Origin: a virus
Lineage: Duplodnaviria; Heunggongvirae; Uroviricota; Caudoviricetes
DNA: 44,072 nucleotides
Reading direction: 5' to 3' (one strand)
IMG/VR virus record: IMGVR_UViG_3300045988_043987
The position numbers and the translations under genes were made by a program. This document shows positions 26,917-35,638 of this stretch, piece after piece. The notes under the pieces were generated by a model, which made no database searches, was not told the DNA's origin, and saw nothing but the letters and a program-made list of their open reading frames with translations. The stretch's first letter is position 1. Every line of letters starts with the position of its first letter.

Positions 26917-28337
26917 TTCTTACCTCGTCTCTTCATGTAGTTAAGCAACTCTTCCTGCACCGATTTCTTCTCATCAGTACGCGCGGCAACAACCTCGTCA
27001 AGAGTGTCTTTGGCAACGATATGATAGAGGAACACCGGGCGCTCGTGGCCTGCCTGTTTCTGGCGGACTGGGCCTATGCGCTCGACAACCTGCAAATAGT
27101 GCTCAAGGTTCCACCCTGGCGAAATAAACGCCAGATGATGCCCGCCGTCCTGTAAATTGAGGCCGTGGCCCGCCGACGCAGGATGCACGCATAAGATTTC
27201 GATTTCGCCGCGGTTCCACGCTTCCATCTGCTTATTACCCTTAGCGCCTTTGGCGAACGCCTGCGCCTGCGGGAATCGTTTAAGGATGCGCTCCAGTTCA
27301 TGCTTGAACTGATAGGCGACTAGCAACGGTGCACCCTGCAACTCTTCCACAATGGACTCCAGTGCGTCCAGTTTCGTGTCGTGCACTTTCTCCCAGTCTT
27401 TCGTTGCTTCGCCGTCCGGCCCTGACACATACACGGCACCGGATGCAATCTGAAGGCACTTAGATGTCTTCGCCGCCGCGTTAGCCGCTTCAACTTCCCC
27501 GCTCTCCAGCTCCGCGAATAGCTTCTCCTCCATATCGATGTACGCCTGACGTGCTTTCTTCGGCAGGTCGATTTCAACCGGTACGATAATCGGCGCTTCA
27601 CATCCGAACCACTCGGCGGCGTCAATCGTGAGACTAATGTCCTTCATCTTCTGGTGAATCTCGGTATCCGCCCCCGGGCGGGCATGGTACTCGCGTGCCA
27701 TCGCCGACTTACCTTTCTGTACCGAGTTAAACCAGCGGTCTGTGAATGCCGTGTATGAAGACCCCAAGCGCTCTCCTGCGTCGATAAACCAGTTCTGGCC
27801 CCACAAGTCCTTGAGGCCGTTCGGTGATGGTGTGCCAGTCAGGTTGATAAAACGCTTAACCTTACCGAAAGCAACCTTGCTAAGAGCCTTTGCGCGCTTG
27901 CTTCCACCTGAACGGCTGCGGAACGATTTAAGCTTCGTGCTTTCATCGGCAACGATAACCGTAAAAGGCCAGTCGTCTTTGCCGTAGTAGTCAATCAGCC
28001 ACTCGATAACTTCGTAGTTTGTGCACACCACGTTAGCGTCTGACTCCAGTGCCGCGATGCGACGCCTCTCGCTACCTGTTGCATCTACGACACTCAGGCA
28101 TGGAAATCGCCATTTCTCTTGTTCTGCGGGCCATGTGCCGGATGCGACGCGCAACGGAGCGAGGATTAACACGCGGTCGTCGTCCGTAAGCTGCCCGTTG
28201 CGGAACAGTCTGTTTAACGTCCACAGTACGCTGCCAGTCTTCCCGGCACCCATGCTTGCCCATATGTTGCAGCGATGGTGCCGCAACATGAACGAGGTAA
28301 TGAGCTTCTGGTACTCGCGCCTTTGAAACTTACTCAT
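26913..28337 (-). CDS. SF2 DNA helicase (SNF2/DEAD-like)
   Basis: Walker A MGAGKTG, Walker B/DExx VIVADEST, helicase C-terminal region. Confidence 0.85.
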   Translation of the reverse strand: MSKFQRREYQKLITSFMLRHHRCNIWASMGAGKTGSVLWTLNRLFRNGQLTDDDRVLILAPLRVASGTWPAEQEKWRFPCLSVVDATGSERRRIAALESDANVVCTNYEVIEWLIDYYGKDDWPFTVIVADESTKLKSFRSRSGGSKRAKALSKVAFGKVKRFINLTGTPSPNGLKDLWGQNWFIDAGERLGSSYTAFTDRWFNSVQKGKSAMAREYHARPGADTEIHQKMKDISLTIDAAEWFGCEAPIIVPVEIDLPKKARQAYIDMEEKLFAELESGEVEAANAAAKTSKCLQIASGAVYVSGPDGEATKDWEKVHDTKLDALESIVEELQGAPLLVAYQFKHELERILKRFPQAQAFAKGAKGNKQMEAWNRGEIEILCVHPASAGHGLNLQDGGHHLAFISPGWNLEHYLQVVERIGPVRQKQAGHERPVFLYHIVAKDTLDEVVAARTDEKKSVQEELLNYMKRRGKK

Positions 28338-29254
28338 TTACAGCCCCCATGAACGCCTTTATAAATTCAGCGGCTACTTGCGGGACGATGGCATTGCCGT
28401 AACCGCGCAATCGTCCCACTCTGGCGGGTATCCCATTAGCCAGCGGGAATGTGCCGGGTTCAACTGGCCGGAACTTTCCATCCCTGCATCCGAGCCAGTC
28501 AGCATCCGACCAGAAGCTGCGATTCGGATTGCCCCCACGAGGTAGCATTGATTGTGCAGATTGTTCGGGTCTCTTTTTGTTTCCGCCTCGCTGTAGCTGC
28601 CGTGACGCGAATTCTGAACCGTCGGCGTCCCCCATGCCGCTTTCAGTCCCTGCTCTGTTGAGTAGTCCAGCCTGTCGAATGTTCTGTCCTTCCCGTCCTT
28701 GCGAATCACTGTCTCTCCGCTCCCTTTGTGATCGTTCGCTGTCGGTGTCGGCCAGTTGGTACGCACCAAAGAAGAGTCGTTCTCTTTTATGCGGAGCGCC
28801 GACGCTACAAGCTGGGAGTACGGCAAACCCGACGGCGTAGTCTTCTCCTTCCAGGTGAGTTTGTAAATCGCACATCCACGATTTTGCAATTGCTGGCGCA
28901 ACCTGTTCCCCAAAGAGGACTGGAGGGTGGCACTCGCTGATGAGGTCGAGGAAGACTGGCGCGAGGTGTCTCGGGTCGAACTGTCCGAGTTGTTTTCCTG
29001 CCGCGCTAAACGGTTGGCAAGGCGGGCTTCCCGTCCAGAGAGGCGTATCTTCCGAAACTCCCGCAAGTCTGAGCGCGAGAGGCCAGCCGCCGATGCCAGC
29101 GAAAAAAATGACACTGGGTGAACCCGTCAAGGTCTTCTGGCTTAACTTCGGTAATGCTTCTTTCATCTACAACTCCAAAAGGTATGTGACCCTGTTTTAT
29201 TAATTCACGCAGCCACGCGGCTGCACCTTTATCCCATTCATTGTAATAGTTCAT
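28330..29254 (-). CDS. DNA cytosine-5 methyltransferase, reading frame interrupted at a homopolymer
   Basis: motifs NEWDK, FFAGIGGW, PCQPFSAAGK, GEQV, GNAIVPQVA; N-terminal 82-aa ORF (29254-29006) and catalytic ORF (29166-28330) differ by one base at the A7 run 29102-29108. Confidence 0.75.
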
Positions 29255-29442
29255 TTGGCCACCAGAACTAACTCTTTACGCCCGAACGCCGTAACGTTAC
29301 CTGTTACGTCTTCGATAACCAGTTTGCCGTTCGACTCTACGAACACTGTATCAACGGCAACAGGACGACGGGTCTTAACGTTGAAAATCATGTCGCCCGG
29401 TACGATGTCACGTGCTGGTTTGCGGTCATATTCGTGTTTCAT
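29251..29442 (-). CDS. hypothetical protein (63 aa)
   Basis: AAGGA ribosome-binding site; stop overlaps methyltransferase start (ATGA). Confidence 0.55.
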   Translation of the reverse strand: MKHEYDRKPARDIVPGDMIFNVKTRRPVAVDTVFVESNGKLVIEDVTGNVTAFGRKELVLVAK

Positions 29443-29461
29443 TTCTCAATTCCTTATATTG

Positions 29462-29492
29462 TTGGTGTAGGACTAACTATAGTAGTTCGCTA
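29462..29492 (-). promoter_or_regulatory. sigma70-like promoter (TTGACG-17-TATAGT) with dyad operator in spacer
   Basis: minus-strand TTGACG, 17-bp spacer containing AATAGCGAACTACTAT, -10 TATAGT. Confidence 0.5.
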
Positions 29493-29757
29493 TTAGGTCG
29501 TCAACCTGTTTGAACGAACCAACGACAAAAACATTTGCACCACGTTTGCGCATCCGCTCGTGCTCTCGTAACTGGTGCGGGTCAGGCTTCGTGCTTTCGT
29601 CTTTCTTAACCTCGACGAACCAGATGATGCCGCCGGGGAGAATTACCAGCAGGTCAGGAGCGCCGGAGCGCCCCTCGTAGGAAAGTTTACGAACGAGGCC
29701 ACCAATGGCCTCGAATCGCTCTTTTGCGTATTTCTGTATTTTTCCTTCCGGGGTCAC
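29473..29757 (-). CDS. VRR-NUC domain nuclease
   Basis: PD-(D/E)XK-like pattern GAPDLLVILPGGIIWFVEVKK ... HQLREHERMRKRGANVFVV. Confidence 0.65.
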   Translation of the reverse strand: MTPEGKIQKYAKERFEAIGGLVRKLSYEGRSGAPDLLVILPGGIIWFVEVKKDESTKPDPHQLREHERMRKRGANVFVVGSFKQVDDLIANYYS

Positions 29758-29948
29758 AGCAAAGGCTCCGCATCCGGGTTACGCAGGAAGTACGCTTGAT
29801 AGATGTCGTGTTCTGAATAGTAAACGCCTTTGTGCGTACACCCGGCACAAACGTCACTAAAGAACCCATCACCCATTACCATGATAAATTCCCATTCTGG
29901 CATATCCACCAACGCAGCTAGTTTCTTACTAAATGGTTTGTTGCTCAT
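29754..29948 (-). CDS. hypothetical protein (64 aa)
   Basis: ATG at 29948 preceded by GAGGGG. Confidence 0.5.
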   Translation of the reverse strand: MSNKPFSKKLAALVDMPEWEFIMVMGDGFFSDVCAGCTHKGVYYSEHDIYQAYFLRNPDAEPLL

Positions 29949-30030
29949 AATACGCACCCCTCTCGTTTTGTATGCTCAATACCACAGCGCGGACAGATTC
30001 GGCAGTCTTCTTCATAAAACCAGTAAATTT

Positions 30031-30162
30031 TCATTCCAGCACCCACAGATAAATTGCGATGAACATGCCCAGTACGGCGACAATCATGCCGTATTGGCCC
30101 TCGTGACAGTAGACACCGGCGGCAAATCCCGCCAGTACCGCGATAATCAGTTTACTTAGCAT
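30031..30162 (-). CDS. hypothetical membrane micro-protein (43 aa)
   Basis: ATG overlaps last codons of DNA polymerase gene; single hydrophobic helix pair; below track cutoff. Confidence 0.3.
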   Translation of the reverse strand: MLSKLIIAVLAGFAAGVYCHEGQYGMIVAVLGMFIAIYLWVLE

Positions 30163-32335
30163 AGCGCTTCATCTCCGCACCTTCCGCCACAAGAGGGAAC
30201 CCCTCTGCCCACTCCGGTAATTCGCACATCAACCGCTCAAGCTCTGCAACATTGTATTCCGGTAAATCTGGCGTCTCGCAGATAATCTCATCGTGAACAT
30301 GAAGTACAATCGGGTAGCCGTTTGCCTCTACGTTCAGCAGCGCATTAGCCAGCAAATCACGGCACAGCGCCTGCGTGCAGTTTTCCACCAGTTTACCGGA
30401 GTAGGTGTACTGAAAGCCCCACTGACGGGTTAGCTGATTTTCACCCTGATACTTGATGCGGACGTTAGTAGACACTTTTCCATCTTCGTCTGTCTCTTTC
30501 GACACGCTTAACCCAACACCCGGATAAGACATAACACGACCCGACGGCAGCGTCATACGCAACCACCAACCGGCGACTTTGTTGCCGTTGTTGTCTGTCT
30601 CCACGTTACGCGAAAACTTAACTCCCCGCGGCCCTGCGGTGAACTCTTTACCTGGATTGCGAATAGCTGCCATAGCCGCATCTTCAATATCTCGCCAGAA
30701 AGCTACGGTTTCCGGGTGGGACTCACGCCACATGCGTTTGATAGCGTCACAGGTACGCCACACTTTCTTATCAAGAATATATGATGGTCGGTCATCTTTT
30801 TCACCTGGCCGCGGAGGCCGCTTGGCTTCCTGAATACGCGCCCACTCATATCCACGCGCGGTAGCGGCCCAGATGTGGTCGGGGAAAGTACCGTCCATTG
30901 TTTTAGCCATATCAACAAGGTCAAGGCCGAGGTTCTTAGCAAACTGAACGAAAGCACCTACACCGCCTGCGTAGCCGAGGCCCAATTCGCAGGCTTTACC
31001 AATCTGCCGTAAGTCTTTACGTTCTTTCTTAATGTAATCCGGCTCCATGCCAAACATCTTACCTGCGGTTACGCAGTAAATATCCAGCCCAGCACGGAAC
31101 GTATCTAACGCGGTTTCTTCCCCCGCCAGCCACGCGAGACCGCGGCCTTCAACGTTAGAGTAATCGGCAACGACAAACTTATGCCCGGCTTCCGGGATAA
31201 TGCAGCTACGAACCGTCGATGCCGTCAGCTTGGCTACATCGAAACGGCGGTGCGCGCGGCCCTTAAGTAACGCTGAAATGCCTTTATCCAGTTCATCATC
31301 ATCATGGTAATACCCGCGCGCCAGGTTCTGCGGCTGGAAGCCTTTACCCGCAAACCGTAACGTACGCTTTGCCCCACCGTACTGGATGCAACCGCGGCGT
31401 CGGTCGTCAGAAGAGCGGCCTAACAGCAGCGGGTTATATTTCGTTGACGCCGTGGACGCGGCCCCGAGGCGCATTTCGATAATCGTGCGGGCGTCGTCCG
31501 GTAAATCATCATCCGCCAGCAGGTCATTCAGCGTCGACTTCTGCGCATTGTGGATGCGGTGCGCGGGTGCGAGTTCACGCAGAATCGGAAGGAAGTCTTT
31601 ACCGGTAAGCGAGCCGCCGTATTTGCGCTGTGCTTCTTCCTGTAACTGCGCTTTATGTTTCTCCACGGCTTCAATCGCGGCTTCCGCCAGCGCGACGTCA
31701 ACCTTAAACCCTCGGTCATTGATTAACTGGTCCAGTTCCAGTACGCGGTCCTCGAACTCAGAGTTACCCCACCGCGGTAGCTTATGGAAAACTTCACGCA
31801 TCGCAGTGATGTCGCTCACGGCGTACTTGATGAATAGCGCCCACTCGTCCGGGTGTGTTTCGGCGGTGTAACGGCGGATTTTGTAGTTCTTCGGCGTAGG
31901 TTTAGAAAAACGCTGAATCAGTGCCTTGCCGCGTTTATCTTTCGCGTTGTCCGCGGATACGCCCAGCACTTCGCACAGCGCATCGAGAGAACCCGGCAGC
32001 GCGTGACGAAACGCCCAAATCATCGTATCAATGGTGTTGCTTACCGGAATATCAAAGCCCCAGCAGTGCTTCATGATGAGCCTATCGAAAAGTCCACCGT
32101 TGTGCCACACCATCTTAATTCGGCTGTTTGGCTTCACCAGACGGCGTAACACGCGGTGCAAATCCCCCGGCATGTCGCTGCCGTCCGTGCAATCCCACAC
32201 CTGCACAGGCTCGTCATCGAAAGCATAGGTACAGATTAACACTTCGGTTGACGGGTGTTCGGCGTAAGCGTAGGAACCGACTTTCTTTAAATCGGCTTCG
32301 GAGAATGTTTCAAAGTCTAAGAACAGGTAACTCAT
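30152..32335 (-). CDS. DNA polymerase, family A, with 3'-5' exonuclease domain
   Basis: N-terminal Exo I motif LFLDFETFS; 727 aa; polymerase-domain pattern. Confidence 0.9.
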   Translation of the reverse strand: MSYLFLDFETFSEADLKKVGSYAYAEHPSTEVLICTYAFDDEPVQVWDCTDGSDMPGDLHRVLRRLVKPNSRIKMVWHNGGLFDRLIMKHCWGFDIPVSNTIDTMIWAFRHALPGSLDALCEVLGVSADNAKDKRGKALIQRFSKPTPKNYKIRRYTAETHPDEWALFIKYAVSDITAMREVFHKLPRWGNSEFEDRVLELDQLINDRGFKVDVALAEAAIEAVEKHKAQLQEEAQRKYGGSLTGKDFLPILRELAPAHRIHNAQKSTLNDLLADDDLPDDARTIIEMRLGAASTASTKYNPLLLGRSSDDRRRGCIQYGGAKRTLRFAGKGFQPQNLARGYYHDDDELDKGISALLKGRAHRRFDVAKLTASTVRSCIIPEAGHKFVVADYSNVEGRGLAWLAGEETALDTFRAGLDIYCVTAGKMFGMEPDYIKKERKDLRQIGKACELGLGYAGGVGAFVQFAKNLGLDLVDMAKTMDGTFPDHIWAATARGYEWARIQEAKRPPRPGEKDDRPSYILDKKVWRTCDAIKRMWRESHPETVAFWRDIEDAAMAAIRNPGKEFTAGPRGVKFSRNVETDNNGNKVAGWWLRMTLPSGRVMSYPGVGLSVSKETDEDGKVSTNVRIKYQGENQLTRQWGFQYTYSGKLVENCTQALCRDLLANALLNVEANGYPIVLHVHDEIICETPDLPEYNVAELERLMCELPEWAEGFPLVAEGAEMKRYAK

Positions 32336-32352
32336 TATTTTCGACCCTTAGT

Positions 32353-32377
32353 AAAAAGGCCCAATGAAGGGCCTTAG
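32353..32377 (-). terminator. intrinsic terminator/attenuator between SSB and polymerase genes
   Basis: minus-strand hairpin GGCCC-N6-GGGCC followed by TTTTTA. Confidence 0.55.
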
Positions 32378-32394
32378 TTAAATTGATTCAGATA

Positions 32395-33024
32395 TTAACG
32401 GCGACGACGTTCGCGACGTGGTGCGTCATCTTCTTCGTCGTCTTCAAGGTCGTCGGTGCTCGCTACTACACTGGAGCCTCCGAAGCGTTTACCTTCTCCC
32501 ATATACTTGATACCAAGGATGGTAGCGCACAGGTTTTTCCAATCTTTGTGCCACCATAATTCTACAGATACGTTTGCTACACAACCGCTATAAACCTGCT
32601 CCCCTTCTACTTCCTTCCCGTCGATGTTGAAATCAGGCTCGGTTTGTTTTTCACCTTTAGCCGATGTCATAATCACCGGTTGGCGGTTGTTAGTAGCACG
32701 GAAGTACAGACCTTCTTCAAAATCCTCAATCGGATTGTCGCGCATTGCCAGGTCGCGGACGCAGCATTTGTCTGCGTGGTGGTCTGCACCGTAGTTGGCC
32801 TTCATCCATTTCTCAGCAGCAGCAGCCCCGATTGCCTCTGTTACAACTTCCATAGCGGTATCGTAAAGCGCATCAATTTGAGGATGGTCCGGCTGCATAA
32901 GAACAGTAACCTGATATTTACCCTTAATCAGTTTACCGGTTTTCTTGTCCTCAGAGTCGGCAGCACGTTCAAATACATTAACCCATGCAGTGTTTACTTT
33001 ACGCAGATTCAGCTTAATACCCAT
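32395..33024 (-). CDS. single-stranded DNA-binding protein (T7 gp2.5-like, putative)
   Basis: overall pattern and acidic C-terminal stretch DDLEDDEEDD, here followed by RRERRRR. Confidence 0.5.
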   Translation of the reverse strand: MGIKLNLRKVNTAWVNVFERAADSEDKKTGKLIKGKYQVTVLMQPDHPQIDALYDTAMEVVTEAIGAAAAEKWMKANYGADHHADKCCVRDLAMRDNPIEDFEEGLYFRATNNRQPVIMTSAKGEKQTEPDFNIDGKEVEGEQVYSGCVANVSVELWWHKDWKNLCATILGIKYMGEGKRFGGSSVVASTDDLEDDEEDDAPRRERRRR

Positions 33025-33074
33025 CTTGATTTCTCGCTTTTAAGTTTCGTTTACTCCGGGAACTGCCCGGCCAG

Positions 33075-33106
33075 TGGTTAGAAATATAATAGCTAACTAT
33101 TCAGGT
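33075..33106 (-). promoter_or_regulatory. sigma70-like promoter (TTGACA-17-TATATT) with dyad operator in spacer
   Basis: minus-strand GTGTTGACA, 17-bp spacer containing TGAATAGTTAGCTATT, -10 TATATT; upstream of SSB gene. Confidence 0.6.
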
Positions 33107-33115
33107 GTCAACACT

Positions 33116-34378
33116 TTATTCCAAATCTTCTTCACTAACCCGATTCCACTCAGGCCGTTTGTCGTCGGCTGTTGCGACGCATGGCGCCCCCCGCTTGCGT
33201 GTGATGAAGTCTTTCAGTTCTTCTTCCGGTATTACTTTAACCGCTTCGGTCGGTGTCATGAGCACTACCTTTTGCAGCATAGTACCGTACTTCTCGAATA
33301 CTGCATCGGCATCTTTCCACGCACGATTACCTGGGCGGCCCTCGACCAGCTTGTACCCCGGCACTTTCTTACCGGAATGCAACGCGACCGCCATAGCTTT
33401 CTCAACCTTGTCGATGTGCTGGCGCAACAACGGCAACTTCTCGTACTCAGATACGAGTTGCTCTGGTGTCAGTTCCAGTGCAAAGTCGTCTTCCAGTTCT
33501 TCCGCCAGTACCGCGTTAACTGTTTTTGTACGCGCGGCGCACTGTTCAGAGAAACGACACCACTGACAACCATCGACCGACGGCTTGAAGTCCGACGCTT
33601 TCAGGTTCTTCTTGCCACGGAAATACGCATCAAGAGCCAACAGCGCGCGTTTTTGTGCGAACTTAGCGAACAGTTCCAGACCTTCAACCGAGATATCCCA
33701 CTCCGACGCACCTCCGGCATACGGCTGGAAGATGGCCAGACGAACCATGGTGATGTTATAGCGTCTCTTGAGTCGGCGATAAACACCGAGAGCGTAAAGC
33801 ATAAGCTGCTTGTTTTCTTTCGCTTCGACGCGATGTCTCCCGGTTTTAAGGTCGCCGATAATGAGCATTGCTGAGTTACTTTCACCCGTAAAGCCTTCTA
33901 TAACCGCCACTAAGTCGGCGGTTCCGAACGTCTCAACACCTTCATAGCCCGGATGCAATACCTCAGTAAGATTGACGCGCATTTCCAGCTTAGCGTAAGT
34001 CGCTACATCGATAATAGCTTTGCAGTAGTCGGTGTACTTGCGCACCTGCTCAATCATGTCAGCTGTAATCAGTACCGCGCCTTTCATCGGACTGATTAGC
34101 GCCTTAATATGGCCTTTACCATCATCCAGAACATACGCACCTACTTCACGCTCTAACGGCAGCGCAGTTCCGCGAATATAGGCGTTGAGATGTACCTCAG
34201 CTATGGTGTGGCACGCGGTCCCTGTAACGGCGGCTTTACCCGACGTGTTAGGAATATCTTTTTCACAGGCTAGCGATGCACTGCACGTCAGCCACTTCTT
34301 AGCACCTGACGGCGACAGTAGGGCGTGCACATCGTTATTACCACCGCGTTCTTTTAGAATCATACTCTGCTCTCCCAC
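33116..34378 (-). CDS. PD-(D/E)XK exonuclease, RecB/Cas4-like with Cys cluster
   Basis: nuclease core IIGDLKTG...EAKE...QLMLYALG; N-terminal Cys and C-terminal CQWCRFSEQC. Confidence 0.65.
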   Translation of the reverse strand: MGEQSMILKERGGNNDVHALLSPSGAKKWLTCSASLACEKDIPNTSGKAAVTGTACHTIAEVHLNAYIRGTALPLEREVGAYVLDDGKGHIKALISPMKGAVLITADMIEQVRKYTDYCKAIIDVATYAKLEMRVNLTEVLHPGYEGVETFGTADLVAVIEGFTGESNSAMLIIGDLKTGRHRVEAKENKQLMLYALGVYRRLKRRYNITMVRLAIFQPYAGGASEWDISVEGLELFAKFAQKRALLALDAYFRGKKNLKASDFKPSVDGCQWCRFSEQCAARTKTVNAVLAEELEDDFALELTPEQLVSEYEKLPLLRQHIDKVEKAMAVALHSGKKVPGYKLVEGRPGNRAWKDADAVFEKYGTMLQKVVLMTPTEAVKVIPEEELKDFITRKRGAPCVATADDKRPEWNRVSEEDLE

Positions 34379-34632
34379 TGGTCAATTAAATGTCGCGTCT
34401 TATGGTCGCAGTGCATCGCCCACCCGTACATCGACTCGAAGACATAAAAGTCAGGTTTGGCGAAAGTCGTGCGTTTAATCTGCGACACATGACGGCCTAT
34501 ATCTTTATGCCGTGGTACTTTGCCTAAGTATGCCATCTCTTCCATCTGGTGCGCACCTGACGTCGCACGCAATAGCCACAACGCCTCGGTGTTATCCCGC
34601 CTGTCTACGGCGCGGTAGAGTTGGTAAATCAT
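34360..34632 (-). CDS. hypothetical protein (90 aa)
   Basis: ORF in replication module. Confidence 0.5.
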   Translation of the reverse strand: MIYQLYRAVDRRDNTEALWLLRATSGAHQMEEMAYLGKVPRHKDIGRHVSQIKRTTFAKPDFYVFESMYGWAMHCDHKTRHLIDQWESRV

Positions 34633-34675
34633 AATTCCGACCCTCAGTTAAAGCGGCCCGAAGGCCGCGAGATAG

Positions 34676-35146
34676 TTATTCTTCTTCGAAATACTTGTTC
34701 TTGATTGCTGTCAAGCGTTCCAGGTATTCAGCCAGGTCTTCGTCTTTAATCGCAGCAATCTTCATCTTCTTGCCGGTGAACTCTTCCAGCAGTTCATCTG
34801 AATCATCGCACGCGGCATCGCTAGGACCTTCGTTAATAGCATCGTCGATAGCCTGAATCTGGTCACGCAGAGACTGGTAATCTACCTCTTCCTTCTCTTC
34901 TTCCGGCTCTGGCGTTGGTTCCTCTACTTTAGCTTTACGCGGCTTGCGTTTCGGCTTCTCTTCTTCTGCCGGTTTAGTGTCGACGATGTCTTCACCTTCG
35001 ACCGGGATTTCTTTTGTTGCTTCTTTTACAACATTAGGCTCAATTGTTGCGGTTTCAGCAACGACAACTTGTTTCGCACTGTTCGCAGCAATCAGTTCAT
35101 GTGCAACTACGAAACGTTCCAGTAATACTAAGAATTTCTCTAACAT
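34676..35146 (-). CDS. hypothetical acidic protein (156 aa)
   Basis: Glu/Asp-rich ORF; GAGAGGAGAGA before start. Confidence 0.55.
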   Translation of the reverse strand: MLEKFLVLLERFVVAHELIAANSAKQVVVAETATIEPNVVKEATKEIPVEGEDIVDTKPAEEEKPKRKPRKAKVEEPTPEPEEEKEEVDYQSLRDQIQAIDDAINEGPSDAACDDSDELLEEFTGKKMKIAAIKDEDLAEYLERLTAIKNKYFEEE

Positions 35147-35167
35147 TTGTTTCTCTCCTCTCGTTTG

Positions 35168-35200
35168 GTATGCACTAACTATAATAGCTAACTATTCATT
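35168..35200 (+). promoter_or_regulatory. dyad operator/promoter motif, copy upstream of helix-turn-helix gene (site 1)
   Basis: ATGCAC-TAAC-TATAAT-AGCTAACTATTCA. Confidence 0.55.
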
Positions 35201-35221
35201 ATGTCAATGGGCTTTTCTAAA

Positions 35222-35250
35222 ATAATTAATATGGTACTATTCACATATCA
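35222..35250 (+). promoter_or_regulatory. dyad operator/promoter motif, site 2, about 20 nt before ribosome-binding site of helix-turn-helix gene
   Basis: TAATATGGTACTATTCACAT, one mismatch from canonical copies. Confidence 0.55.
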
Positions 35251-35271
35251 ACTGACTAAGGAGTAATTGAC

Positions 35272-35487
35272 ATGCAACCATCTGAACTAGGCATCCGTGT
35301 AGAACAACGCCGTAAAGAACTCGGTATCTCCCAGCGCCGTCTGGCGGTCCTGGCCGGTGTTTCCCAGGGCGCGATTAACCAGCTGGCACTTGGAGTAACT
35401 CAGGACGTCCGCCCGGCGACGCTGTTCAAGCTGGCGGAAGTGCTGGAAGTAGACGCCAAGTGGCTGGCGTTCGGTGAAGGGGCTTAA
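35272..35487 (+). CDS. XRE-family (Cro/CI-like) helix-turn-helix transcriptional regulator
   Basis: helix-turn-helix signature ISQRRLAVLAGVSQGAINQL; AAGGAG ribosome-binding site; lone plus-strand gene in minus-strand module. Confidence 0.75.
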   Translation: MQPSELGIRVEQRRKELGISQRRLAVLAGVSQGAINQLALGVTQDVRPATLFKLAEVLEVDAKWLAFGEGA

Positions 35488-35503
35488 CGCCCCTTTCTTT
35501 TCA
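35477..35503 (+). terminator. intrinsic terminator
   Basis: GGGGC-TTAAC-GCCCC followed by TTTCTTTTC. Confidence 0.6.
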
Positions 35504-35527
35504 TTCCTCTACGGCTTTCTCGCATAA

Positions 35528-35638
35528 TCACTCGAGAAACGAAACAAGACCGCAGATTAAATCCTCAGAAACAATAAATTGGCCGTCATCTTCCTGTTCG
35601 CACTGCTTCAACTCAGCAATTAACTGTTCAGCGTTCAT
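35528..35638 (-). CDS. hypothetical acidic micro-protein (36 aa)
   Basis: ATGA coupling to primase stop; below track cutoff. Confidence 0.25.
   Translation of the reverse strand: MNAEQLIAELKQCEQEDDGQFIVSEDLICGLVSFLE

Noticed and set aside
28374-29114. 246-aa alternative frame across the methyltransferase gene
   Set aside because: Same strand but a frame lacking any methyltransferase motif; the motif-bearing frames explain the region.
29006-29254. Treating the 82-aa ORF upstream of the methyltransferase as an independent gene
   Set aside because: Its C-terminal residues (…DGFTQCHFF) continue directly into the FAGIGGW motif if one base of the homopolymer is removed, so it is more likely the methyltransferase N-terminus.
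33074-33874. 266-aa plus-strand ORF overlapping the exonuclease gene
   Set aside because: Antisense to a gene with clear nuclease motifs; no ribosome-binding site; most likely a chance open frame.
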